Of a DNA stretch of 64,000 bases, positions 18,306 through 27,871 are shown piece after piece. The stretch is from Fimbriimonadales bacterium (lineage in GTDB: Bacteria > Armatimonadota > Fimbriimonadia > Fimbriimonadales > ATM1): the NCBI GenBank assembly GCA_035559795.1, contig DATMAR010000012.1:426664-490663 (forward strand), given 5' to 3'. The notes beneath the pieces were generated by a model. It was not told the origin of the DNA and did no database searches. It saw only the letters and a program-made list of their open reading frames with translations. Position 1 is the stretch's first letter. Every line of letters starts with the position of its first letter. The position numbers and the translations under genes are program-made.

Positions 18306-19372
18306 CAAAAATTGTCGTCGCAGGATATTTCGGATGCGGCAATTTAGGAGACGAAGCCGTCTTGGCTGGCTTTCTCACCTCGCTGCGAGACCACCCCATT
18401 CGCCCTATCGTTCTTTCAGGAAACGCAGAAAAAACCTATCAAGCACACAACATACGCGGCATTCCCAGACGCGATACATCTGCAATAGTTGCAGAACTAC
18501 GCGAATCGCACGCATTAGTTTTTGCCGGTGGAAGTTTGCTCCAAGACGTAACCAGTCTCGCATCGCTTCATTATTATTGCAATCTAATTCGTTTAGGGAA
18601 AAAATGCGGGAAGCCAGTTTTTCTTTTAGCACAAGGAATAGGTCCGATTCGCAGTTTTTTCGGAAAAGCGATGGCGAAGTCTGCTCTCAATCTTTGCGAT
18701 GTGATTACAGTGCGAGATCCCGAAAGTCTCCAAACGATACGCAAATTAGGAGTGAAAAAAAACGTAACCGTAACCGCGGATTTCGCATGGCTTTGTCCAT
18801 CCGACACGACGAGCAAAGAAGAATTCGGGTTGCCGGGGATGACGAGTGTAGGGATTGCGGCGCGACCTTGGAAGGGAATGAAAAATCCCGCTGCGATTTT
18901 CGGCAATTTCGCGCTCACTCTTTTCAAAAACAACTACGTACCTGTCCTTATCGAAATGGACAAAACGAAAGACGGCGAACTGCTCGACGCCATCGCCAAA
19001 CTTCACGGGGGAAGATGTCCAGACATCCGCAACCTAAGCTCTCCTTCACAACTTCTTGCCAGAATTCAGCGGCTGCATTCTATGGTCGCCATGAGGCTTC
19101 ATGCCGGGATTCTTGCCTGCGTAGCAGGAATACCGCCCATGATGATATCCTACGACCCGAAAATCTCTGCTTTCGCAGAGATCATGCAGCTTCCGACCCC
19201 GCTCAGTGTTGAAAATCTAACTCCGGACCGACTATGGAACGCCTTCCAAGAATACGAACGTCAGAAGGATAATCTCAAACTTATCTTGGAAAAGAAACGC
19301 TTGGAGCAGACAGAACTTGCGAGAAAAAACGTCACAATATTGACGGAGAGACTCCCGGCGTTAGCAGGTTGA
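18296..19372 (+). CDS. csaB: Polysaccharide pyruvyl transferase CsaB (start codon uncertain)
   Basis: KIVVAGYFGCGNLGDEAVLAGFL is the CsaB N-terminal signature. It lies upstream of the first canonical start (TTG 18362). The frame opens at 18293, and ATC 18296 is preceded by GGAG at 9 nt. Confidence 0.8.
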   Translation: MELAKIVVAGYFGCGNLGDEAVLAGFLTSLRDHPIRPIVLSGNAEKTYQAHNIRGIPRRDTSAIVAELRESHALVFAGGSLLQDVTSLASLHYYCNLIRLGKKCGKPVFLLAQGIGPIRSFFGKAMAKSALNLCDVITVRDPESLQTIRKLGVKKNVTVTADFAWLCPSDTTSKEEFGLPGMTSVGIAARPWKGMKNPAAIFGNFALTLFKNNYVPVLIEMDKTKDGELLDAIAKLHGGRCPDIRNLSSPSQLLARIQRLHSMVAMRLHAGILACVAGIPPMMISYDPKISAFAEIMQLPTPLSVENLTPDRLWNAFQEYERQKDNLKLILEKKRLEQTELARKNVTILTERLPALAG

Positions 19373-19374
19373 AG

Positions 19375-21999
19375 ATGAGAAGAAAAGATTACTCGACCCG
19401 CTTTCGGGTCAGATACGAAGGTGGGATAACAAAGGTATGCGTGCCCTTTCTTCTCGTTTTTGCGTTCGTTATTGACCTCCGCGCGGATGTCCTCGACTGG
19501 CTCAATCAAGAATTTCTTCAAAAAATTCAAATCACAGGGACGCAAAAACTCGGACTTCATCTTTATGACATCCAAGGAGACGAAGAGCAATTCAATCAGC
19601 AGTTTTTCCGAGGAAGAAACAATAAAATTACAGACGAGCGCCTTCTCAATATTCGAGCGAATAATCTCTTCGGTTTTCTCAATGTCGACGCACAGATAAA
19701 CAATTCCCCCTTTGCCCTTCCGCTCGAACAAAAGATGACTCTGAATGTAGAAAAGGGATGGTTTAAAGCAGATGCGGGTGATATTAATGCCTCTTTGAGC
19801 GGTGGGAACGAACTCGTTCGATTCAATAGAACGATGCGAGGACTTCAACTTCGTGCAGACCGAGGGAATCTTAGCGCGCAAGCGATCTATTCCGAATCGA
19901 AAGCCGCTCCGAGAACAGTTACCTTGCAAGGAAATAACAGTCCAGGTCCTTATTATTTAGGCGCGGGTCTCATCGTAGAGGGTTCGGTATATGTGCAGGT
20001 TGACGGGGACGAACAAGAACTCGGCGAAGATTATACGCTGAACAGTTATATCGGGACGATAACGTTCATGAAATCTATCCCCCCCAGTAGCACGATTGTA
20101 GTAACCTTCGAAACCCTTACCATCAACCAAAGCAGGTCGGACGTAATGGGGGGGCTAATTTCCTATCAAGTTCTGCCAGGAGTGAAAATCGGGTATACCC
20201 GCATGGAACAAAAACCTAAAGCGAATTTCGGGCTTGCGCAAATAACCGAAGAGTTCTACGGTTACGGTCCTCCGGATATGCCGTATTACTTGAGCATGAT
20301 TCCCGCTAAAGAATTCCCGATTATCGTTACGGTGGATGGGGTGTTACAAACAGAAGGTGTGGATTACTATTTCGATGAGAATAATCCGCAAATCTTTTAC
20401 ATGACATATTACGTGCCGAACACTTCGATTATTCGCGTAACGTATACCCCTAAACCCGACCCGGGGACTTTCGGAAACGGACGAAGGATAGTGCATGGTT
20501 GGGATATAGGTTGGACGATAGGAAAATCGGGGAAGCTCTCTTTTAGCACGGCGGAAAGCAGTTTGTATTCTCCCTTGGGCGTTCAGCATGGTCGCGCACA
20601 AGCGGCGAATTTCCAATACACTTGGGGGCGTTTCGAGTTCGGAGCGAGATGGAGAAACATCCCATCGACGTTCGTTTCGGTGGAGTCTTCCGGTTTCATG
20701 CGAAATGAAAAGGGGGGGGATATTCGAATGCGCTACAATGCAGGGAAAGGGTGGAAGTTCGGTGTCCAAGCCGCTGACCTCTCCATATCCACACCGACCT
20801 ACGGGGAGGATGGTTTTTCGACGATTCATGGCAAAACGCAATCCTTGAAACTCACTGCGGATTACCAACAAGGAACCGATAAAACTGCGTTCGCGAATTA
20901 CGATTACTTCAAAGGCTCATATGCAGGAATCGCAAATTCTGGGCAGAAACTTACTGCAGGATACAAGCAAACCTTCAAGAAATGGACTTTAGAATCTACA
21001 TTGACACAGCAACACACGACGACTACGAAAGTTACGGATTCTGGAACAGAGCCGGTAGATGCGGACATTTTCGGAACTCGCATTGCTGCTTCTTATCGAG
21101 CCAGCGACCAGTTCAACCTCGTTTCTTCATTCGGTTTAAACGACATCAAAAGCGAAGGAAAAAACAGCACGGGCTACGACGTCAATTTACGCGGAGAATA
21201 TCGTTTTTCAGACAGGTTGTCCATGGATTTGACTTTGGCAGACACCTATAGCGGATTGATTGCGGGGTTGAGTGGATATATGGGGGGGTATGGGTACGGA
21301 TATAACGGAAACGGATTCTCAGGCGGAAGCTACGACTTGACGTACAACAACGCAACCTCTCGAGCAAAACTCGCGCAATTTCACGCACAATGGCAACCGA
21401 CAGATAACCTTTCTATAGAACCGTTACTCGCTTATACGCTCTCAGAGGGAGACAACCTCTCGAATAGTCGCTCCTTTACCGCTTCCCTCAATGCTTCATG
21501 GACGCCGAATAACAAAACTTCTTTGTACACACGATTCGACCATACAAAGGTCGAATTCGTCGGGGGAAGCGGACCCAGTCATTCCACGATTGCAAACTTC
21601 GCGCTCGACCATCGTTTCACCAAGCGTTTAAGATTGACTGCGGATTATGCATTCAGCGTATCGGGGGGGATTGGACTGAGCGGATTCAACCAGCGGTTCA
21701 ACACCTTATTCGCAAACTTGAGTTATAACCTCGCTCCACGTCAGCGACTTTTTACGGAATTTCGAAATGGCAACGTCATCGGATATTTAGCCGATAGAGA
21801 GAATTATCTCGGCGTCGGCTATGCCTACGACATTCTCCCGGGCATCGCTTTGCGTGCAATCTATCGCTGGAGAGAAAGATTGAACCTGGGTTCGGAAAGC
21901 GAGGAAGGGAGTTATAGAAGTTCAGGGTTCGATATCGAATTAGAGATTAATTTCAAAGACAACGCACCGTTTTGGTCGAAGAAAAAACCCAAGTTATAA
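19375..21999 (+). CDS. Large secreted beta-strand-rich protein, possible outer-membrane beta-barrel
   Basis: N-terminal hydrophobic segment VCVPFLLVFAFVI. The C-terminal 500 aa or so show alternating Y/G/S/T/N-rich strand patterns. The start lies 2 nt after the csaB stop. Confidence 0.5.
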   Translation: MRRKDYSTRFRVRYEGGITKVCVPFLLVFAFVIDLRADVLDWLNQEFLQKIQITGTQKLGLHLYDIQGDEEQFNQQFFRGRNNKITDERLLNIRANNLFGFLNVDAQINNSPFALPLEQKMTLNVEKGWFKADAGDINASLSGGNELVRFNRTMRGLQLRADRGNLSAQAIYSESKAAPRTVTLQGNNSPGPYYLGAGLIVEGSVYVQVDGDEQELGEDYTLNSYIGTITFMKSIPPSSTIVVTFETLTINQSRSDVMGGLISYQVLPGVKIGYTRMEQKPKANFGLAQITEEFYGYGPPDMPYYLSMIPAKEFPIIVTVDGVLQTEGVDYYFDENNPQIFYMTYYVPNTSIIRVTYTPKPDPGTFGNGRRIVHGWDIGWTIGKSGKLSFSTAESSLYSPLGVQHGRAQAANFQYTWGRFEFGARWRNIPSTFVSVESSGFMRNEKGGDIRMRYNAGKGWKFGVQAADLSISTPTYGEDGFSTIHGKTQSLKLTADYQQGTDKTAFANYDYFKGSYAGIANSGQKLTAGYKQTFKKWTLESTLTQQHTTTTKVTDSGTEPVDADIFGTRIAASYRASDQFNLVSSFGLNDIKSEGKNSTGYDVNLRGEYRFSDRLSMDLTLADTYSGLIAGLSGYMGGYGYGYNGNGFSGGSYDLTYNNATSRAKLAQFHAQWQPTDNLSIEPLLAYTLSEGDNLSNSRSFTASLNASWTPNNKTSLYTRFDHTKVEFVGGSGPSHSTIANFALDHRFTKRLRLTADYAFSVSGGIGLSGFNQRFNTLFANLSYNLAPRQRLFTEFRNGNVIGYLADRENYLGVGYAYDILPGIALRAIYRWRERLNLGSESEEGSYRSSGFDIELEINFKDNAPFWSKKKPKL

Positions 22000-22019
22000 G
22001 GGACGTTCCTCCTAAACTC

Positions 22020-22042
22020 GTTCCCAAACTCTGTTTGGGAAC
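22020..22042. terminator. Perfect 10-bp hairpin between convergent genes
   Basis: GTTCCCAAAC-TCT-GTTTGGGAAC. There is no U-tract on either side, so function as an intrinsic terminator is uncertain. Confidence 0.4.
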
Positions 22043-22155
22043 GAAACTAATCTCCCCGATACAAGGAAAAGTTCCGTCTTGGAGGTTTTCCCTATTTCGT
22101 AATGGAAACAGATTTCCTGAAAAAATATAATTGCTTCCCAAGCAGAGGACAACGT

Positions 22156-23262
22156 CTATAAATAATACGGTCTCCCTGCCGTACCCATTTTCGGTTCGAA
22201 TAGTTCGAAGTTCACTTCGGGTAAGGTTTCTCGAAGTCGTTTACATAAAGAACGCATCGCAGGTTGTTCGGTAGCGTAATGACCTGCTTCGATAACGCTC
22301 AACCCTCCTGCCTGCGCGTATAGCGCCTCGTGATGTTTCACCTCTCCCGTCAAAAGGACTTCACAACCTGCTTCGATTGCACTATTCCAATAAGAACCTC
22401 CAGCCCCCCCTACTATTCCGATCGTCCTTACACTCTTCGTGAGATCTCCATAAAGTTTCGTCTTCGTTTCCAAAGTGTTTTCTACGCGAGCACAAAACTC
22501 GGCGAGTGAACATGCTTGCGTCAACTCGCCCATCCTCGGCAAAGATTTGCGCTCCACGTTCGCCACTTCGTATAAATCGTATGCGGGTTCCTCGTAAGGA
22601 TGCACCGAAAGTAACGTCTTTATCGCCTCTTCTTTCAAATGTCCCGGCACGAGAATTTCGACACGCACTTCCGGTACGACCTCTCGCCCCCCCAAGCTCC
22701 CGATGAAAGGTTGCGCTCCCGGCTGCGGTTCGAACGTACCCGACCCAGGATGATAAAATGCGCACCGACGATAGGCTCCGATTTCTCCGCAGCCAATCTC
22801 CGCTAATGCATCGAGCAATTTATCCAAAGATTCCTCGGGTAAGAAAGTGAACAACTTATATGCTTTGGTAGGAATATCTTTTCCGAACGGTCGGACGTTT
22901 TTCAAATGAAAACAACTCGCGAGTGTATCGTTCGTCCCCCCCGGAGCGGCATCCCAGTTCGTGTGAGCGCATAACAAAGCGATGTTATGCCGAATCGCTT
23001 CTCTTACGACGCGAACATTAGGAGAATCCCCGGCTACGTTCGCTAAAGGTATATAAATAGGAGCGTGATGGGTTATCAGAGCGTCGAATTTCTTCGAAAC
23101 AGCATATTCTATCGCATCCAACGACGGATCGAGCGCCACTAAGCAACGCTCGACTTTGTCCTTTTCGCTCCCCACCTGCAATCCAATCGCATCGTTAGGA
23201 AGGGCAAGATGAGGAGGCGCGATCGAATCGAGGGCATGAAGAAGTTCAGCGACGGTCGGCAT
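22156..23262 (-). CDS. Nif3-like dinuclear metal centre protein (GTP cyclohydrolase 1 type 2 homologue)
   Basis: N-terminal AIGLQVG, ALITHHAPIY and C-terminal EAGHYATE motifs. Size is consistent with the form carrying an inserted PII-like domain. Confidence 0.85.
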   Translation of the reverse strand: MPTVAELLHALDSIAPPHLALPNDAIGLQVGSEKDKVERCLVALDPSLDAIEYAVSKKFDALITHHAPIYIPLANVAGDSPNVRVVREAIRHNIALLCAHTNWDAAPGGTNDTLASCFHLKNVRPFGKDIPTKAYKLFTFLPEESLDKLLDALAEIGCGEIGAYRRCAFYHPGSGTFEPQPGAQPFIGSLGGREVVPEVRVEILVPGHLKEEAIKTLLSVHPYEEPAYDLYEVANVERKSLPRMGELTQACSLAEFCARVENTLETKTKLYGDLTKSVRTIGIVGGAGGSYWNSAIEAGCEVLLTGEVKHHEALYAQAGGLSVIEAGHYATEQPAMRSLCKRLRETLPEVNFELFEPKMGTAGRPYYL

Positions 23263-23289
23263 AAAAACTCATTTTAGCGAATTTCAACC

Positions 23290-23637
23290 TTATGCGGAGG
23301 GAAGCAATTCGTCCAAAACCTCGAAAGCGTAGCGTAGATGCGGAATCACGATACTTCCTCCGATGACCAGTCCGATATTCATCGCTTCCCACAATTCTTC
23401 ACGAGTGCAACCTTCGGTTACGCAACGGTCGAGATGATAGAAAATACAATCGTTGCATCGCAATACCAAAGAGCCGACCAATCCCATCATTTCTTTCGTT
23501 TTGGAATCCAATGCGCCACTTTCGTAAGCGGATGAATCCAAAGCGAAGAAACGCTGAAAAGGTTTGAATCCACAACTCAGAATTTTCTCGTTCATTTCCG
23601 CACGATAGGCGCGCGTTTCAGCGACTTTTCTTCTCAT
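23290..23637 (-). CDS. Carboxymuconolactone decarboxylase / AhpD-like family protein
   Basis: CNDCIFYH (CxxC..H) motif, 115 aa helical protein. Confidence 0.7.
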   Translation of the reverse strand: MRRKVAETRAYRAEMNEKILSCGFKPFQRFFALDSSAYESGALDSKTKEMMGLVGSLVLRCNDCIFYHLDRCVTEGCTREELWEAMNIGLVIGGSIVIPHLRYAFEVLDELLPSA

Positions 23638-23664
23638 GCTTAAAAGTGTAGCCTTTCGAGAAAC

Positions 23665-24237
23665 CTAAGAGTAACGTTTTACGATTTCTAATGCCTTTCT
23701 AAATTCCTCGGTCCCCGCCTGCCCCAGCCATTCATAGGCTACCGATTCCGTGTGTGCCAAGACTGCTCCTGCCACCCGCAATCTCTCTAATGCTAACAAT
23801 TCGTCCCTTTCGTTCAGACGGGAACCCATCGCATCGAAGCATACGATTACATCTCGCACATTCTGCATGTTTAAAAAATCGAAAACGGTTTGAGTCACAC
23901 ATATATGCGTTTCTATCCCCACGATGATCGCTTGGCTACGCTTCAATGACGACCAAGCATTCTCGAAACCCTCGGCACCATAAGAAGAAAAACACATTTT
24001 CCCGAAACATCGTGCAGAGGGGGGAAGTATCTCTAAAATCGTTCGTGTAAGATGTCCCATTTTTTCAGGATACTGTTCTGTTGCGAGAAGGGGAATTTCC
24101 AATAGATTCGCGATTTCAATCAAAAATTTCGCCCTTTTGACAATCTCCTCTTTTCTTGCAATCGGAGCCAAAAAAGAATCCTGCAAGTCCACCACGATAA
24201 GGCAACTTTCCTCACGTTTCGCAAGCGCTTTTGACAC
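23665..24237 (-). CDS. Isochorismatase-family cysteine hydrolase
   Basis: LIVVDLQDSF and GIETHICVTQT (catalytic Cys) motifs. Confidence 0.85.
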   Translation of the reverse strand: MSKALAKREESCLIVVDLQDSFLAPIARKEEIVKRAKFLIEIANLLEIPLLATEQYPEKMGHLTRTILEILPPSARCFGKMCFSSYGAEGFENAWSSLKRSQAIIVGIETHICVTQTVFDFLNMQNVRDVIVCFDAMGSRLNERDELLALERLRVAGAVLAHTESVAYEWLGQAGTEEFRKALEIVKRYS

Positions 24238-24274
24238 GGTTTTTATCCACTCACCTTATAGCGCAGGAGAATTC

Positions 24275-26416
24275 CTATTCGCAAAATCCACCGCATACCC
24301 ATTGATTATCCCTTAGAATCGAACTGCTCGTATGAAGACACCGAATAAAACGCTCTACGAAAAACTCCAGCATCCTATCGTGCCGTATTCCTACGTGTCC
24401 CCAATCCGGTGCGATTTGAACTTCGAAACTCTTATCGGCATTCTGCAAAGCCCGAATCAATTGACAACTGTTCGACGGATGCACGTTGTCATCCGCAGTA
24501 CCGAAAAAAATCATGAGTTCCCCTTTCAATTCCGATGCATACGTCATCGCAGAACCCAAACGATATCCTTCTTTGTTGTCTTTCGGCAATCCCATATAGC
24601 GTTCCGTATAAATCGAGTCGTAATTCCTCCAATCCGTAACGCTCGAAGAACCGCATGCCGCACGAAAAACGTTCGGGTATCGAAGCAAACACATTATCGA
24701 AGCATAACCACCATACGAAGTGCCCGCAATCCCCACCCGCGTAGAATCTATATAGGGTCGTTGGGCTAAAAATTGCACACCTGCAGCTTGATCGTCGATT
24801 TCCACTCTTCCGAGTTTTCCGTAAACTTCGTCTTTGAACGCCTTCCCGCGTCCGCTCGTTCCTCTCGAATCGAAAACTGCAACCAAAAATCCTAACTCCG
24901 TTAAAGCATCCGGAAGCTCGAAGCGTTCGTTCACCATTCCCGATTCAGGACCCGCGTATACGTGTACGAATAAGGGATATTTTTTTTTCGGGTCGAAATT
25001 CGACGGCTTATGGAGCATTCCATAAAGAGTCGTTTTTCCGTCCGCTGCGAGATAAGTAAAAAGTTCAACCTTTTGTAAGTTCAACGAGCGAAACTTCGAG
25101 TCGTCACTTTCTGCGAGCGTTTCGATAAGTTGCCATTTATCATCTCTCAGGGTAGTAACAGGGGGGGTATCGTGAGTTTCGGCAATGTCTATGATATGCT
25201 TCCCATCCGGTGCGACTTGTACACTATGATGGAATCTCGGATCGGTCAATCTCGTGTCGCCCTTTCCATCGAGCCCTACGCGATGGAGTTGAATTTTATA
25301 AGGGTTATCTCCGCTTCGACACGTGTAATATATCGTATTCGTTTTCTCGACGACTCTTTCGATGTTCACGACTTCGAAAGGATGCTGGGTGATAGCACGA
25401 ACTAATTTCCCGCTGATTTCATATAGATAGATATTCCGAAACCCAGTTCTTTCGGAAATCCAAAGAAATCGTTTCGAATCGAGCCAGTGAATCGGGGGGG
25501 AATTCTCTGTCCAACTCTTTTTCCATTCCTCCCTCACGATGACTCTCGTTTTTCCAGTGCTCGGGTCGCTTGCGCAAAACTCCATCACATTTTGGAGCCG
25601 ATTCGTGCGATTAAACAGCAACTCCTTGCCATCAGGAGACCAACGCACAGAATAAACATAATGCCCCACGACGTCGTCCGAAAACTCTTTACCGTCGCGT
25701 ACATCGAGTTTCACAACGCGTTTAGTCGCTGAATCGTAAACGAACAAATCCAAAGCCGGATTCGGTGCACCGGCTTTCGGATATGCCTCGACATCTAAAA
25801 CCGATTGAATCGAAGTCAACCCTTTCGTAAGGAAATAATCCGGAACGTTCCTTTCATCGATTCTGTAAAACGCTAATTTTTTCCCATCGGGAGACCACCA
25901 CATCGCTTCGCGCACACCGAGTTCTTCGCCGTACACCCACGATGCAATGCCGAATTTCACCCGCTTTTGCACACTCCCCTCCGTCGTTACGGCGAATTCT
26001 TCCGTCCCATCCGTTTTCGAAATATAAACGTTCCCGTCACGATAGAACGCTCTGAGACTTTCATCCGGAGAATAAACTTCGGAATATTGTCTTCCTCTTT
26101 CTGGCCATCTTCTCAAATCGTTTTTATGTGATCTCGAGCGCGGGGCTCCTGATGGTGAATCAGGTGCTCTTTCGAGGCTATTTGTAGAGATTACATAACG
26201 ATAATTCTTTCCATCCTTTTGAAATAAGAAACTCTTTCCGTCTTCTTCCCATGTGACCCGAATCCTTCCCATTCGAACGCTGTTCGCAATTTCACCTCGC
26301 ATCCGCAAATAGTTCCGATATTCGGGAATGTTGGAAAGTTTATCTTGTGAAAATGCGACGAGGGGAAATAGAACTACGAATGAGAGTAGCGCATGGTGCA
26401 ATCGAGAGTACAGCAT
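24275..26416 (-). CDS. S9B prolyl oligopeptidase-family peptidase (dipeptidyl peptidase IV-like)
   Basis: Signal peptide and an N-terminal beta-propeller region (WSPDGK repeats). The C-terminal hydrolase domain has GTSYGGY, DDNV and GH. Confidence 0.88.
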   Translation of the reverse strand: MLYSRLHHALLSFVVLFPLVAFSQDKLSNIPEYRNYLRMRGEIANSVRMGRIRVTWEEDGKSFLFQKDGKNYRYVISTNSLERAPDSPSGAPRSRSHKNDLRRWPERGRQYSEVYSPDESLRAFYRDGNVYISKTDGTEEFAVTTEGSVQKRVKFGIASWVYGEELGVREAMWWSPDGKKLAFYRIDERNVPDYFLTKGLTSIQSVLDVEAYPKAGAPNPALDLFVYDSATKRVVKLDVRDGKEFSDDVVGHYVYSVRWSPDGKELLFNRTNRLQNVMEFCASDPSTGKTRVIVREEWKKSWTENSPPIHWLDSKRFLWISERTGFRNIYLYEISGKLVRAITQHPFEVVNIERVVEKTNTIYYTCRSGDNPYKIQLHRVGLDGKGDTRLTDPRFHHSVQVAPDGKHIIDIAETHDTPPVTTLRDDKWQLIETLAESDDSKFRSLNLQKVELFTYLAADGKTTLYGMLHKPSNFDPKKKYPLFVHVYAGPESGMVNERFELPDALTELGFLVAVFDSRGTSGRGKAFKDEVYGKLGRVEIDDQAAGVQFLAQRPYIDSTRVGIAGTSYGGYASIMCLLRYPNVFRAACGSSSVTDWRNYDSIYTERYMGLPKDNKEGYRLGSAMTYASELKGELMIFFGTADDNVHPSNSCQLIRALQNADKSFEVQIAPDWGHVGIRHDRMLEFFVERFIRCLHTSSSILRDNQWVCGGFCE

Positions 26417-26468
26417 GATTCGTAGTATATACTCGAAATGGAGTATCGAATGAAAGGAAGCGAAGTGT

Positions 26469-27830
26469 CTATTCCGTCTTGTTTTGTTTCTTCCCCTGGT
26501 CCAGGGTGATGATGGTGCCTGTGAGTGTTTTCTCGACTTCTTTCGCTTTCCCCCCCTGTAAATCTCGAATCGCCTGATGGACTTGCTGCGCCTCTGCAGT
26601 GCGCCCTTCTTGCAAAAGAAGCATTTGGGTCTTTTGCAATTCGGCGACTGCCATCGCTGCGGTAACTTCCCCTCTTTTCAAACCCATAATTGTTTTTTCT
26701 ACCGCCCGGCTTACGCGCGCGATTTCGACTGCGCCCGCCACACGTGGATTTTGGGGGACATTGCATCTCTCCGCATCGGCAGAAAACTCCAAAATCACAT
26801 CGAAATCGACACTTTCTTCTTTTCCGGTTACTGCATCGTCGTAAATCAATCTTCCAGTAAGCACGCGATAAATTCCCAAAGGATGATTCTGAAACTCCAA
26901 ATCCAAAACAACTTCCAGTGAATTCTCCTTCTCCACATCCGCTAAATTCAATTCGATTTCTCGCTGACCATAAGGTATAGAATGACCGAAAATCTGACGC
27001 AGAACTACCCAACGTGCAGTTTTCAAACGCAAACGAAGATTCCTTCCGGCGAGGGTAAACAATTTATCCAACTCCGCTCGGAAGATTTCGGGAATCAATT
27101 CCGGTTTGGAAATGAAATAATAATTCCCCCCCGCTCTTTTCGCCATTCCTGCCAAAAGTTCCTCGTTGTATTCGTACCCGAATCCTAAAAACGTGGAAGT
27201 AATTCCTTGATTTTTAATCTCGCCCACATGTTGAACTAACGAGTTGTAATCTTTGATTCCCGTGGTCGGTTCTCCATCGGTAAAAACAATGAGCCTCTCG
27301 ACTCTCCCAGGCTCTCTTGCGGAGAGAATTTGTTGAGCACCTAATGCAAGACCGTCGTAAAGATTCGTGGTATTACCCGGCACGATACGTTGGATATGCT
27401 GTTTGATTAAATCCTTATTGACGATTCTCCGAGGGGGAATCAAAACCTCTGCCGTCTCTGCGAAGGTTACGACACTCAAGATGTCGTTCGGAGCGAGGAG
27501 GTCTACCACATAACTGCACGCACGTTTGACATAATCCAACGGCTCTCCCTCCATCGAACCGGAGCGGTCGATAACGAGTACTACATTCAAAAAAGGTCGA
27601 GCGCCTAAACCTGCCCCCCCTGTGCCTCGAATTTCCAACAAAATCTGTTCGCGCGAAGGGGCGTTTGCCAAAATGCATTCTCTACCGGGAATGACGGAAA
27701 GTTCCAAACCCTTTTCGGGCATCACAGGGGGAATCATTTGCGTGCGCAGATCCGCCCCTAACATATGCGTTTTTTGCGCATCGTTTAGGCTTTGCGTACG
27801 GTTTGCGTCCTGGTTGGTATTATCCGGCAT
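26469..27830 (-). CDS. Cytoplasmic von Willebrand factor A (vWA) domain protein
   Basis: MIDAS DxSxS (VIDRSGSM), then T..L and FTDGEPT motifs. No signal peptide. About 200 aa C-terminal extension. Confidence 0.85.
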   Translation of the reverse strand: MPDNTNQDANRTQSLNDAQKTHMLGADLRTQMIPPVMPEKGLELSVIPGRECILANAPSREQILLEIRGTGGAGLGARPFLNVVLVIDRSGSMEGEPLDYVKRACSYVVDLLAPNDILSVVTFAETAEVLIPPRRIVNKDLIKQHIQRIVPGNTTNLYDGLALGAQQILSAREPGRVERLIVFTDGEPTTGIKDYNSLVQHVGEIKNQGITSTFLGFGYEYNEELLAGMAKRAGGNYYFISKPELIPEIFRAELDKLFTLAGRNLRLRLKTARWVVLRQIFGHSIPYGQREIELNLADVEKENSLEVVLDLEFQNHPLGIYRVLTGRLIYDDAVTGKEESVDFDVILEFSADAERCNVPQNPRVAGAVEIARVSRAVEKTIMGLKRGEVTAAMAVAELQKTQMLLLQEGRTAEAQQVHQAIRDLQGGKAKEVEKTLTGTIITLDQGKKQNKTE

Positions 27831-27871
27831 GTCTTGCTCTGAATTATAGTTTTACTCTAATGAATGTCGTT

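Noticed and set aside
18334-19212. 292-aa Arg/Ser-rich ORF on the + strand
   Set aside because: It is an alternative frame fully inside csaB, whose own frame has clear family motifs. The low-complexity, Arg-rich composition is typical of off-frame translation.
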